The notes: generated from the letters alone by a model not told the origin. 63,248 nt of DNA, filler included, from Octopus bimaculoides (GCF_001194135.2; 6 parts of 6 records of this genome joined end to end with filler, not necessarily neighbours in it); one strand, 5' to 3'; positions 1 through 12,790 are shown, counted from the first letter of the whole stretch. Numbers and translations: made by a program.

Positions 1-1154
1 TATATATATATATATATATGTAATTAAATGTATTTATTCTATCCTAATAAATAATAATTCTGATAGAATAAATGGGTTAATAGAAACCAAGGTAGCAAAG
101 ATCACAAAATAACTGTGGTGTAATTCCTGTTGGTGAGGCAGAAACTCCTTGATATTTTGGGTATTTGAGTATATTTAAAAATTTAAGGAATGGAGAAAAC
201 GCATGTTATAACTGCATACTTTATTCCGACATATGTTTCGAAGAATTACAATTTATGCGATCCATAAGAATCGGCGATGTTAAAAATGTAAACTTCTCCT
301 CAGGGAAATGCATGGGAATCATCTTAAACGTAAGACATTATGACCGAGTATGATAACTATAGTTGGATAATGTTATGACGTGATTCAAGGTATCGACGAG
401 CTGAATTTTTAATTGAGCATTCAATACTTTTAATGTATCAGTCGGAGAAGGCTTGGTTGAACTTAAACATGTATTCATGCATGTTTGTATGCATGTATAT
501 AAATCTACGTAAAGATATGTGTAGGTAAATGGACACTTTTTATTCAGAACGCAACATCTGAAAGACCTTTATCCAAATTGCAATAGGCTACTTCCTGCCT
601 TGTACAACGGTTTAGAACAGTTTACCCTCGAAGTTACAACAGTTTACCCTCGAAGCCTATCCCTCCTTTCAAACTGAACCAACTATCATGCGCCAAGTAG
701 CGCCTCTTAAATTCAATAGAAAACTATATGTACATTTTGATCGAATGCTGGTATTTATCATAGGATGATCGACAATATATCGCAAGCAATGTCCACTTGA
801 AATGTAGTTGTCGTGTCTTCTACATATACATTTCCTTTTATCACAGTTCAGGTAAAATTGCCATTCCGATGAATATTGTTGTTCTTCTTTTTTCCTCCTT
901 CTCCTTCTCCTCCTCCTCCTCCTCTTCTTTTTATTACTGTCATTATCATTATCATCTCATTATTGTTGTTGTTAATATTATTACTCCTACTATAACTGTT
1001 GCTGTAATTACTGCTATGACTACTATACTGATGACGATTGTTGTTGCTCAAGCACATAGTTTTTTCTTCCATTTTCTGCTTTCTCATAAGCTCCTTCCTC
1101 ACTTTTTACAAATATATTTTTGCTTTTGACTTCACATTCTCTTCTCCTTTTCTT

Positions 1155-1620
1155 TTATTCACATCTCCATTCGTAATTATTGTGACATGTCTGCACTAAT
1201 TGCTCCTTCCACATTTGAGGCATCACCTGGACAATGGTGACCTTCAGTGAAGCCATCATATTGTAAGAATGATGATTTGTCTCCCTTTTAATAACACCCC
1301 AAATGCAGATTGTAGCTGGTGAATTTGGATGTAACAAGTATGGTGTTACATAGTCATAAAGATTGTCTGAAGCTTGTTGAAACACATATGACATTCCACC
1401 GTGTATTTTATCTATCCAGGGTGTGGAAATTGTCTCTAGTACCAAAACATATCCAGTGGCATTAATTCTAAGACCCTGTGGAAAATTGTGCGGTGGAATG
1501 ATATCATCTTTGTTACTCACCACTCCAAAAACAACTATAGCCGAAGGAGTCTTGTTAATGAACAACAGAAGGATCTGCATACAGCCATCTGCCATCAGGG
1601 ATAGGTTGTAAATTCAAGTT
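1155..1620 (-). mobile_element. Decayed Tc1/mariner-superfamily (maT/DD37D-like) transposase, C-terminal half
   Basis: ORF 1155..1595(-) reads VFGVVSNKDDIIPPHNFPQGLRINATGYVLVLETISTPWIDKIHGGMSYVFQQ...HPNSP...IWGVIKRETNHH, matching the DDD/E catalytic region; the QDxAPxH motif is deleted. Confidence 0.8.
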
Positions 1621-1994
1621 TCAAGAATGTGGAGTAGAGATAGGAGATCAAAGAGGATCTATTAAAAAAAATAGAAAGAGTAAATATCAGAAAGAAGCAA
1701 TAGTAACATTTTGGCGACATAATTTAGGAACGTGTGGTAAAGAATGGAGCCACTAGAAAAATAAAAACATAGACAAATAAAAACATAGATTTAAGTATAT
1801 AAGAATGGGCTAAATTAAAATTTAAAAAAAACAATTACATAACTGAAGACAGTTATGTAAAGTCTCATGGGGTTTATGGTAGATCATTATTCGAACGAGA
1901 CCAAATAAATAAATGTGAGCAGATAAAAATGAATTACTTAAAAGTAAGGACAGTAATATCAGATCAGTATACAAACATAGTTAGCTAAATCGAT

Positions 1995-2530
1995 TAGAGC
2001 ATGTTGATCCTGACATCACTATCTTCACATAATGATCTGTTATTCCTCCTATTAGACGCTTGGATTTGGTCGAAGTTTCTCTCATCGGAGAACGACAGCA
2101 TACGAGTGTTTTTAACCTTGTTAAGTAAACTCTTGGCATGCATCAAATAGTTTTACTGTATCTTTGCAAGCATGAATTGGCCTCTCAGTGCTTGTATCGA
2201 ATAATTTCGTGCTCCACAGTTCTGACAATCCAATCCATCAATGAAGTTCTATTGCGAGGGGCTCCATTGATTCTCCATGATCATCAGTGATAAAGTCTTG
2301 AGCCTGATGGACGAATTGCAATTTCCTTATAGAGTCCTAATTTTTCTCTTTGACACAGTTGAAACATTGCTGTCAGAATTTTTCAGTTCTATCTGAATTT
2401 TGTGTAGAAAAGATCTCACAACATTTATAAAGTCGGCAATTTCTAAATCGTTGTGTTTCGTACATATCGCAACAATGACAGCATGTCCTTTCATTTCTTG
2501 TGTTAGCATTTTATTTGCCATAGGGGATCT
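1995..2530 (-). mobile_element. Decayed mariner-like transposase, N-terminal half
   Basis: MLTQEMKGHAVIVAICTKHNDLEIADFINVVRSFLHKIQ...VSKRK (HTH region), continuing with frameshifts to SFSDERNFDQIQASNRRNNRSLCED (first catalytic Asp, FSDE motif). Confidence 0.75.
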
Positions 2531-2966
2531 GAAAGAAATAAAAAAAATAAAAAAATAAAATTTCAATTCGTTTGAACAGAGTAATATATTGATAAAAATT
2601 GCTTATCAGCCGATTATATGGGTACAGTACTCCCGTGCTACTCTATTTAATTAACAGTAGAAACTTAACTGTGAAAGGTGACTACCTGAATTTGAAGTCA
2701 GAACGTAAAGGGCCGTAACTGTTAAGTTTTATATCACGTTCTCAAACAACTTACACCCATAATACTGAAGAAGATTAACGGGGCAAACCATAAGAGAGTG
2801 TCTGTATTGTAAGATATCATCATCCACGCAACTATTGCAATTCTGCATTGAGAGACATGGTGCCAGCAGCTCTCGATTACGAGGTTAACTACCAGAATCA
2901 CTCAAGACCCTTTGCAATGGTACTATGTGTATCTTACAAAGACGCATGCATGCAAACATACACGTA

Positions 2967-3009
<43 letters not shown>

Positions 3010-3513
3010 TGTAACTAGGTACACACGAACCTCAATACGTGCAACTTAATCACCTTGACGAGGTATATATCTTCATATATGCCTCTTTCTTCATATATGT
3101 GTGTATATACAAAGCTAGCTATCTGTGAATGGGTGTGTGTCTGTGGGTGCATGTGTCTACAATGCTTAAACATAAAGACATATGCTGTCTCACACACTCA
3201 TTCACACACACAAATGCTCACACACACTCATTCACACACACAAATGCTCACACACAGGCACAACGCACGCTCATGCACGCATACATACACAACACAAGAC
3301 ACTCAGTAAATATTAACCTTTGCGTGAGGGGGCTGTTAGACAATATTTTCGCACGAATGCATGTGAAAATTTAACTTGTAGTCCTTCTCTTCTACCTCGC
3401 TTTTTCTCCATTCCTTACTCCCCTCCCGTCTACCTTTATTCCTTTCTTCCTTTCTCTCTAGCTTAAACATGTGTAAGTATGCGTTTATTACGCATGTGAG
3501 TATTACTATATAA

Positions 3514-3544
<31 letters not shown>

Positions 3545-4903
3545 NNNNNNNNNNNNNNNNNNNNNNNNNNNNNNNNNNNNNNNNNNNNNNNNNNNNNNNN
3601 NNNNNNNNNNNNNNNNNNNNNNNNNNNNNNNNNNNNNNNNNNNNNNNNNNNNNNNNNNNNNNNNNNNNNNNNNNNNNNNNNNNNNNNNNNNNNNNNNNNN
3701 NNNNNNNNNNNNNNNNNNNNNNNNNNNNNNNNNNNNNNNNNNNNNNNNNNNNNNNNNNNNNNNNNNNNNNNNNNNNNNNNNNNNNNNNNNNNNNNNNNNN
3801 NNNNNNNNNNNNNNNNNNNNNNNNNNNNNNNNNNNNNNNNNNNNNNNNNNNNNNNNNNNNNNNNNNNNNNNNNNNNNNNNNNNNNNNNNNNNNNNNNNNN
3901 NNNNNNNNNNNNNNNNNNNNNNNNNNNNNNNNNNNNNNNNNNNNNNNNNNNNNNNNNNNNNNNNNNNNNNNNNNNNNNNNNNNNNNNNNNNNNNNNNNNN
4001 NNNNNNNNNNNNNNNNNNNNNNNNNNNNNNNNNNNNNNNNNNNNNNNNNNNNNNNNNNNNNNNNNNNNNNNNNNNNNNNNNNNNNNNNNNNNNNNNNNNN
4101 NNNNNNNNNNNNNNNNNNNNNNNNNNNNNNNNNNNNNNNNNNNNNNNNNNNNNNNNNNNNNNNNNNNNNNNNNNNNNNNNNNNNNNNATATACATAAACA
4201 AACTCCAAAGAGACTGCTGTTGGTCTGCGTCAGCAATACTTGTATTTTTTCGTAAATTGACAAAAAGTATATAGTGAACTTGTTGTGAAGAGTGAAAATC
4301 CAATGTTTTGAAGTTTTTGTTCAGGGGAAAGTTGACAGAGGAGAAATTACAGAGCAACAGTAAAATTTTACGCCTTCTAAGTTAGAAAATCAGAAGTGCA
4401 AATGATAAAGATCGCAGGACCGCAGGAGCTTCATACGAGGACAGGACAAGGTTGGAGAGAAAAACTGGGCGAAAGAAGTAGAATGAAAGAGGAACAGAAA
4501 GAGGGGAAAGAGGCGGAGGATGATGAGGAGCAGGAAAAAATGAGCAAAGTTGAGAGTGAGGTGAAAGGAAAAATCGAGGTGAGGGTGGAGTTGAAGTGTA
4601 AAAAAGGGCTTACTGAACTAAAGGAGGTGTATGATTAAAATGAAAACGTTCCTTTAAATGTGTCGGTGATGTAGTAGCAAGTTCGAATACGCAGTGTTGT
4701 TACCCCCGTTTTTTTTTCTTTAATATGTGGATCCATGAAGTGCAGAAATGTCGCACACTGTTCAGTGTATGATGGAACTATCTGTTGTGTTGCAGTGAGA
4801 GGCGACAGGGTAGCGTGGCCTCTCATTTCAATCATGTGCCCATACACGTGCTTTTCCCAGACTATTCTTTTCCCTCTCTCCGAATGATTCCTCTTTCTTC
4901 TTT

Positions 4904-4930
4904 CTGATGATGAGCCATGCTCGAAACGTC
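4904..4930 (+). ncRNA. Minimal hammerhead ribozyme core, probably a decayed Penelope-type motif
   Basis: CTGATGA-T-GAGC-cat-GCTC-GAA-ACGT-C: core, 4-bp stem II, palindromic ACGT stem III and GUC site. Stem I pairing is not evident. Confidence 0.45.
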
Positions 4931-6249
4931 ACATCTTTTTCTCTTAAACTGAACGGCAACCTAATACATTCACCATGTACATCCTTTTGGCTTTTGTTGT
5001 TTGTATTCTTATTTTTAATTTAATTTTTTATTTGCCTATACACACACACACATACATATATACTTATATAGATATATGTACATACATACATACATACATA
5101 CATACATACATACAAACGTACGTGTGTGTGTTTTGCGAGAGTGGGTGTATGCGTGTGTACCTGGTATGTACATGCTTGTTTGAACGTTTATGTATGTGTA
5201 TACGTGTATTTACATCTTTCGTTACGAAGTAGTACACTAGTACACTTTGTGGAATGTACCAGTAGAAAACGACATTACGTCACCCCCTTCCTCTTGACAT
5301 TCCAGGCGGCACGAAAGACAAGTTTTAACAACTTCACTTGTCAGGGTTTACAATGAAATGTAAAGACCAAGGGAATAGGTGAAAGAGGATCACGCACCTT
5401 CATCGGCCGTGGAGGCAGATGATGGTTGCAACAGTTTGGTACCTCTAATTGTTTTTATCGACTCTCTCTGATCACTTTTATTTGAACAAAGACTGTAAGA
5501 AGATGTCTCAAACATAACGCTTTTCGGTTTCTCCGTCTGAATATCTGCAATACGTAATAAATTTTGCATCTTAAAACATCCAGGCTCTTAATGTCAAGCG
5601 AAAAGTCTTCGTTCAGAATTGCCACTCGTTTCTAGAGAATTGGTACGCTTCATCACGACATTTTAGTAGATGAAGGGCAACACAAGGAATATGATGGTGG
5701 ATATATGATTATTTGATTGGAAAAACCGTTGAGAGCAGAGCGACATACATGGTGATAGTTTTGCAATCTGCAAAGATCTGGGAAGTAAGCTACCTAAACA
5801 ATGTATTGGCATCAGTATAAGAGTTTTCAAACTATGCTTAAAGGCTGCTGCTCTAACATATAAGCAATAGTACTCAGTGTATGTAAGTTTATATTTTATA
5901 TTATTGTTCAAAAGACTTGTGTACTAAATTATTTATGTATCTATTATTGACCAGTTTACTGTTCACTCTATTAATTCGTTTTTGTTGCGTATCGTATGTA
6001 GAGGAGAATATAAGCCTCTGCTCTATAGGAATTTTACTTCTTACATTTAACAAATACTAACATACATGATGCTGAACAAATTTCTGATGAATAATGTAAT
6101 TGAAAATGTGTATGCAAACAAGAAAGTTGTAAACTTCATGACCAACTGTTATGTTTGAGGTACACGTATCACACTCGTATCATTGTTTTACAATGTTATA
6201 TTTGACTCACATATACGATATAGGAAGGAAGAGAATACTATAAAAGTGA

Positions 6250-6620
6250 CGGAATAAATCTACTGCACATATAGGTGAGATTGATACAGATAGTGTGCAT
6301 GAATACCTGGAATTTGATGGCAAAAATGTTAGAACAATGAAGGACAAAATAAAGCTGGTAACTACTAAAATCCAAATAAAAGGTACACGAGGTATATGCC
6401 ATCAAATACAGTGCCAGAATACTCAAATGGACAAAGGAAGGTACTGAGAACTCACAGAAAAACAAAGAAATTGCTGACAATCTTCAGAACCTTACACCTT
6501 CCAGCATATTGGCAGATTATATTTCAACAGAAAGAGTGCAGGGCAAGAACTGATAAAAGTAGAAGGTTGTGCAGAAGTAGAGGCATGTAGTTTAAGGAAG
6601 TACATATTAGAAGTGGTTTA
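6250..6620 (+). mobile_element. R4/Dong-like non-LTR retrotransposon remnant (post-RT region)
   Basis: Frameshifted peptides KYSARILKWTKEG / RTHRKTKKLLTIFRTLH / GRLYFNRKSAGQELIKVE resemble the YSAGIIKWT..LDRKTRKL...H....RLY..R..GGRGL..VE signature. Confidence 0.55.
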
Positions 6621-7549
6621 GCTGAAAGAAAGGAAAAGTATTTTTAAAAGATTAAAATCATTAATTACACGAATTCTTTCGTTGATGGTCTCCTGCTGAA
6701 TGATAGGTATATGGCTACTATGCAGAAATCACTTGAATTAAACGCCATTAAAAAAATACAGAGATGGCTTATATACACATGCACTCACACAGACATGCAC
6801 AAACAACGATGAAGAAAGGATATTAAGAGCTGTGATGAGACTCGGCTTGATATGATGGGGAACTGTAAAAATTGTCGAGTGTACACCTCACAATACGTAA
6901 TACAAATTAAGCATCGTTCTTAGGTGGGCATTAGCAATGTAGTACTCTTCAAGATGTAGTCCAGCAACTGCCGTTGTTTGCTGTTGAGATTTATTGACTG
7001 ACAAGATAAAACTTAGGTGTTCTGGAAAATGAAGTCTTCTAAATCGAAATGGCATATCTGTTGGTATAATTACAATCTTATGCATTGGTGCTCCTACTTA
7101 GTTGTCTTGGTGACATGTGGTACAAACGTCTTAACTATGAGAATTTAGCTAGTCTGTAGCAGCAGCTTATCTCAATTATGCAACTCCATATTATATACGT
7201 AAGTACGTATATATATATATATNNNNNNNNNNNNNNNNNNNNNNNNNNNNNNNNNNNNNNNNNNNNNNNNNNNNNNNNNNNNNNNNNNNNNNNNNNNNNN
7301 NNNNNNNNNNNNNNNNNNNNNNNNNNNNNNNNNNNNNNNNNNNNNNNNNNNNNNNNNNNNNNNNNNNNNNNNNNNNNNNNNNNNNNNNNNNNNNNNNNNN
7401 NNNNNNNNNNNNNNNNNNNNNNNNNNNNNNNNNNNNNNNNNNNNNNNNNNNNNNNNNNNNNNNNNNNNNNNNNNNNNNNNNNNNNNNNNNNNNNNNNNNN
7501 NNNNNNNNNNNNNNNNNNNNNNNNNNNNNNNNNNNNNNNNNNNNNNNNN

Positions 7550-7634
<85 letters not shown>

Positions 7635-7885
7635 CACACACATACACACACACACATACACACACACACGGATATATAAATATATACATACAAATATACA
7701 AGAAGGCCTCATTTTACAGCTACATCAGTTACAGGATTTTGCACTTACGGAAAGTGGCATGAATTTTAAATCATTAAAATCACACTTCATTCTAAACGTT
7801 TTAGCTAAGATCAAATTATTATTAACGCTTTGAAAATTGTAATCCCAATATAGAGAGAGAGAGAGGGAGAGAGGGAGAAAGAGCG

Positions 7886-7967
<82 letters not shown>

Positions 7968-7989
7968 NNNNNNNNNNAGAGAGAGAGAA

Positions 7990-8062
<73 letters not shown>

Positions 8063-8292
8063 AAGCTCATTTGGGTGTGTTGCAATATGTAAATAGACCC
8101 GTCTATTTACAAATTGTAAAACGCCCAAATGAACTCATCTCAGGTCATTCATTTGGTCGACCATACCTTGAAATTACATCTGAGTAAGCGAATGGACTAT
8201 CGGATTATTAATACAAATTTTTGTATATTATGGCATGTATTACATAACATTGTATGGAATGCATAACATTGCATGAACTACGTTTATTATTT

Positions 8293-8690
8293 TATCTTTT
8301 ACTTGTTTCAGTCATTAGACTGCAACCATACTGGGACATGACCTCAAAGAATTTTAATCGAATGAATCGACTACAGTACTTTTTCTTAAAGCCTGGTACT
8401 TATTGAATTGGTCTCATTTACTGACCCGCTAAGTTACGAGGACATAAACAAGCCAACAGCAGCTGTCGAGCGGTGGTGGAGCACAAACACACGCACGAAC
8501 ACACACACACGCACACACACACGCACACACATCACACACACACACATCTACGACGGACTTCTTTCAGTTTCCGTCTGCCAAATCTACTCACAAGGCTTTG
8601 ACTTGCCGAAGCTATAGTAGAGGATACTTGTCCATGATTCCACGCAGCGGGAGTGAACCCAGATCATATGGTCGGGAAGCAAACTTCAGA
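8293..8690 (-). mobile_element. tRNA-head SINE family B, diverged copy with internal CA microsatellite
   Basis: Homologous to the copies at 11940, 42154-43217, 43750 and 54045 (cttgtttcagtca...ttactgacccgctaagttacg...cgacggacttctttcagtttccgtct...). Confidence 0.75.
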
Positions 8691-9072
8691 TCACATATAT
8701 CGAATAAAAATGTTTTCCGTTTACAGAAACACTTGTAATGTCAATTTCATTTTTCCTTTCCTCATTTAAATTATTACTTTTATTACTCACTCTGCGGGAC
8801 TTATCTTAAGCCTTCTGGATCTTACCCTGGAGTCGTTTAGTGCTCTCTGTAATATCAAACGAATTCTTGCAGATCTCTTTTGGATTCTAGAATGCTACGG
8901 TCGCCAAGATCTTGCATGACGCACTAGCATACCAGCACAGTTTAGGTCTAATACGAAATCTATCTCCTATTAATTAATATTATTTTATATATACTCAAAA
9001 TTGATATAAACAGCCAGGCACAATGCGACACCATTCATGGTGGCATTTGAATTAGCCAATCATAAGCAGTTC

Positions 9073-9273
9073 CAGCAGTCCTCACTGATGATGCCTACAG
9101 TCTTAGCGAAACTAGATCTAGGTTGGGGAAGCTCGCGACGGTCATAGAGCGGTTACCTCCCCTGTCAGAATGTGTTCATACATTTTGCGGACTTCCTACT
9201 GCATTAAGAGCATTTTAACACTCCTATTTCTAGCAATGTAGGCGTCTCCGCATTATTAGCTGCACTTAGTGAC
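9073..9273 (+). ncRNA. Hammerhead-ribozyme-containing repeat, copy 1
   Basis: GCAG-TCCTCA-CTGATGA(9085)-T-GCCTAcagtctTAGC-GAA-ACTAGATCTAG...; the cleavage site and 3' stem I are mutated in this copy. Confidence 0.7.
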
Positions 9274-9411
9274 GTTTAAATTTTTCCTTTATTGTATTAC
9301 ATTGCGCCTAGCTTTTTATATTACTTTTTAGCATTTCCTTAAATCGTCCATAAACTTTTATGGTAAATATCTAAATGCTGGCAGAGGGAACTATCTGAAC
9401 ATGCGCCGCAC

Positions 9412-9619
9412 GAGCAGTCCTTCCTGATGATACCTACAGTACATGCGAAACTAGATCTAGTCTGAGGATCTGCGAGTCGGTCATGGGGCGGTTACCTTCC
9501 CTGTCAGCATGTATGCATACATTTTGCGCTCTTCCTACAGCTTTAAGAGTATTCTAACACTTAGTCATAGCAATGTAGCAATGTAGGTGCTTTGGCATCA
9601 TTAGTCACACATAGTGACA
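9412..9619 (+). ncRNA. Hammerhead-ribozyme-containing repeat, copy 2
   Basis: GCAG-TCCTTC-CTGATGA(9424)...C-GAA-ACTAG-AT-CTAGT-C(9462)-TGAGGA-T-CTGC: type I topology, palindromic stem III, GUC site and stem I pairing. Offset is 339 bp from copy 1. Confidence 0.75.
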
Positions 9620-9648
9620 ATTGAAAAAGAAATATATATATGTATACG

Positions 9649-9698
<50 letters not shown>

Positions 9699-9707
9699 TA
9701 TATATAT

Positions 9708-9807
9708 NNNNNNNNNNNNNNNNNNNNNNNNNNNNNNNNNNNNNNNNNNNNTTAATTAATTAANNNNNNNNNNNNNNNNNNNNNNNNNNNNNNNNNNNNN
9801 NNNNNNN
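9708..9807. other. Artificial assembly linker (44N-TTAATTAATTAA-44N)
   Basis: Six-frame stop linker; identical linkers occur at 18355-18454, 41683-41782, 54917-55016 and 61104-61203. Confidence 0.97.
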
Positions 9808-10430
9808 TTTTAACGATGCGTACTGCCTTAATTCTTCGAAACGCCGGTGTTTTAATGGTGGCAGCTGATGAAGGATATGTTCTGTATGTGGCCTGCTTGT
9901 TTGTTGTACCTTGTTTATCATTTTGTCCATGTTCTTTTGCCACGTCATGTACCCAGTTATGTATCTATATGTACATGTAGATGAAGGTATGTACATACAT
10001 GTACATATATATGCATACACTCATATATTATTTGTATATATATATATATATATATATATTCGAATTTTCTTCGAATCGAGTAGCCCATTCCGCTCAAAAG
10101 GTCCCTGAATAAGGGTTGCTTAAGGATGTTGAACGAAACACCCATGTTTCCAAACGTGAATTATCCAAAACCCAAAGAATTCCTCTCAATACATGGCTAT
10201 GATGCTCCCCCACTATTTCTGCTCATGATCAGAGATGCACATATCGTCAGCCACCAAAGGACATGCTCAACTGGTTAAGGTCAAACAACTGACAAACAAA
10301 TCTGTGGTATTAAGCAGAATATTTGCTGTAGCCCATTTTTTATACCAAGACAAAACAATGTACATGATAACACTTCCAATCAGTTAAAATCCGAACCATG
10401 AGAGCCACTGCCTGGTACTGCACCAGTGCA

Positions 10431-10435
<5 letters not shown>

Positions 10436-10505
<70 letters not shown>
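10436..10505. repeat. (ATT)n microsatellite
   Basis: Perfect ATT run; one of many AT, CA, GA, CATA, ATT and GTT/GGT microsatellites in the window. Confidence 0.95.
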
Positions 10506-10506
<1 letters not shown>

Positions 10507-10659
10507 GGGAGACACGTCCATCCGCTAATGTCATTTTCCTGTTAATACGTTATACTGCGTAAAATGAAAAACTGGTGTCTATTTCTTTCCTTCGCGTGTG
10601 CGTGTGTGTGTGCGTGCGAACACTAGTGTTTAGAACGTATAAACATCTAATATTCATTA

Positions 10660-11275
10660 TTATTATTTATAAGTACACTCCTAAATGTGGTCACTGCAGA
10701 GCGTCAAACTGGTGGCGAAGCTTGAGGCAATCCTTACCAATACAAAGAAGATTGAGGCAATCCTTACCAATACAAAGAAGATTGACTACGGTGATACAGC
10801 TACCGGGAGAGGCTACAAGAATTGAAGCTCTACTGTCGAGAGAGATAACGAGAAAGATATGCAGTGATATACATATGGAAGATCGTGAGAGGTCTGGCTC
10901 CCAACTTTAGAATTAAAAGCTATGCCAACCACCGAACTGGACGACACTGCATAACACCAAAGATCCCGTCTTCTTCATCTCGGATAAGGACCCAGAACTG
11001 CAACAGCTTAGCTTTCAGTGAACCACAACTGTTTAACATCCTGCCAAACAACCTCAGAGATTTACGAGGTGTAAGATGTGGAGACCTTCAAAAATCACCT
11101 GGACAAATTTGTCTGAAATCACAGATGAACCCATATCGCGGCAAGAGGTAGAAAGAAGAGCAGCTCCGTCCAGCTAGCTTCTTCACCAAAAACAGTACAG
11201 AACCCCCCCCCCCCACAAAAAAAACTACTAAAAGGTGGTGCTCCAGTATGGCGCCAGCCTTTGGCTGAAACCATA
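10660..11275 (+). mobile_element. CR1/L2-group LINE 3' fragment (ORF2 C-terminus and 3' UTR)
   Basis: YIWKIVRGLAPNF...NHRTGRHCITPKIP...SLAFSEPQLFNILPNNLRDL is typical of the post-RT end of CR1/L2-like ORF2. It includes a 30-bp tandem duplication at 10722-10781. Confidence 0.7.
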
Positions 11276-11939
11276 TTATTTTGCGTTTACCAACAGATGT
11301 TTATATATCTGTGTACGCGCGCGGACGCGTATATATTTACATACATACTTGTATGCATGTATGAGTGTGTGTGCGTGTGTGCGCGTATAATTATATATAT
11401 ATATATACACACACATACACACACACATACATACGCACACACTTATATGTGGGGGAGACTGGGTAGGTGGTTGGGTGTGTACCTATTTTTGAACCAAATA
11501 TTCCAAGAACTAACAAAACTGAACACACATATAGGCCACTAAAAGAAAGCTGATATCATATTTGTTTACAAAATTATAGTCTATGCATAACAGCGATGAC
11601 AAAATTATTCTAAGCTGCACCATTAAAACTTTTCTTTACATAAGAACATTTTTAAGAATAAATAAATAATATGCAAACGGAATATTACGACTGTACCAGA
11701 AAATAATTTTGCTACTGATAAACAACAGATAATATAATCGTTGTAAATCGTATCGTGTACAACAAACTTTCTTCAAGTTAATCAAAATAATCTTTCTTCT
11801 GCAAAACACACTTTCATGCATATTGTGCACGATTGTTTGTTTGTTTGTAGATAGACAGACAGACAGACAGATATGTAGGTATATTTTATATATATATGTA
11901 TATTTGTGTGTGTTTTATATATATATATATATATAGGTC

Positions 11940-12130
11940 TTTTCTTTTATTCTTTATTTGTTTCAGTCATTTGACTGCGGCCATGTTGCAGCACCGCCTT
12001 GAAGGGTTTTAGTCGAAGAAATCGACTTCAGGCTTATTCTATCGGTCTCTTTGCTGAACTGCTAAGTTACGGGGACGTTAACACACCAACATCGGTTGTC
12101 AAGCGATGGTGGGGGGACAAAGACACGCAC
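11940..12130 (-). mobile_element. SINE family B, 3' portion
   Basis: tttgtttcagtcatttgactgcggccatgttgcagcaccgcc...gctaagttacggggacg, shared with the other family B copies. Confidence 0.8.
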
Positions 12131-12159
12131 ACATAAATATATATACATATATATATATA

Positions 12160-12790
12160 TCATCATCATCGTTTAACGTCTGCTTTCCATGCTGACATGG
12201 GTTAAACGGTTTGACTGGGAACTGGTGGGCCAGATGGCTGCACCAAGCTCCAATCTGATCTGGCCCCATGTTCAAAGATCATGCTTCAACACCTCATCCC
12301 ATGTCTTTCTGGGTCTACCTCAACCACAGGTTCCCTCCACAGTTAGAGATCGACACTTCTTTATACAGCTGTCCTTGCCCATATGCATCACATGACCATA
12401 CAAGCACAGTCATCTCTCTTGCACACCACATCTGATTCCTCTTATGCCTAACTTTTCTCTCAAGATGCTTACACTCTGTCGAACATGCACTACTAACTTG
12501 GTCACTTAGATAACGGAAATTATCTACTGCCTCTAGCTTGCCACCCCTAGCAGTTGATGGAGTCTATTTTCTGCACATTTTCAGCGTTTATTGTACCTGT
12601 GCCTCTTCCACATACAAAAGCTAGTTTCCCTGTTAACCTTCCTCTGATATTGCTGCACCTTTTAGGTGTCCAAAGCTTACACCAGGTGCATCTTATGGAG
12701 TTTCTACCTACACCTTTTTTACAGATCGAGCAGGGCCATCCACCTGAAGGAATTTGTGATATGTCTGCCTTCCTACTTACTCAGACTTAC
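12160..12790 (-). mobile_element. RTE-X-like LINE 3' fragment with (GAT)n tail and an internal deletion
   Basis: The reverse complement is homologous to the 50390-50985 ORF and ends ...catggaaagcagacgttaaacgatgatgatg. Confidence 0.8.

Noticed and set aside
3336-7762. Long ORF-track entries rich in X, YI, HT, CV or SL (here and throughout the window)
   Set aside because: Translations of N gaps and microsatellites; no coding evidence.
9752-9763. TTAATTAATTAA recurring five times inside N runs
   Set aside because: Artificial six-frame-stop scaffolding linker, not biological.
9825-9875. CGAAAC...CTGATGAAGG, a possible type II hammerhead
   Set aside because: Stem I cannot be formed convincingly and the context is truncated by a linker.
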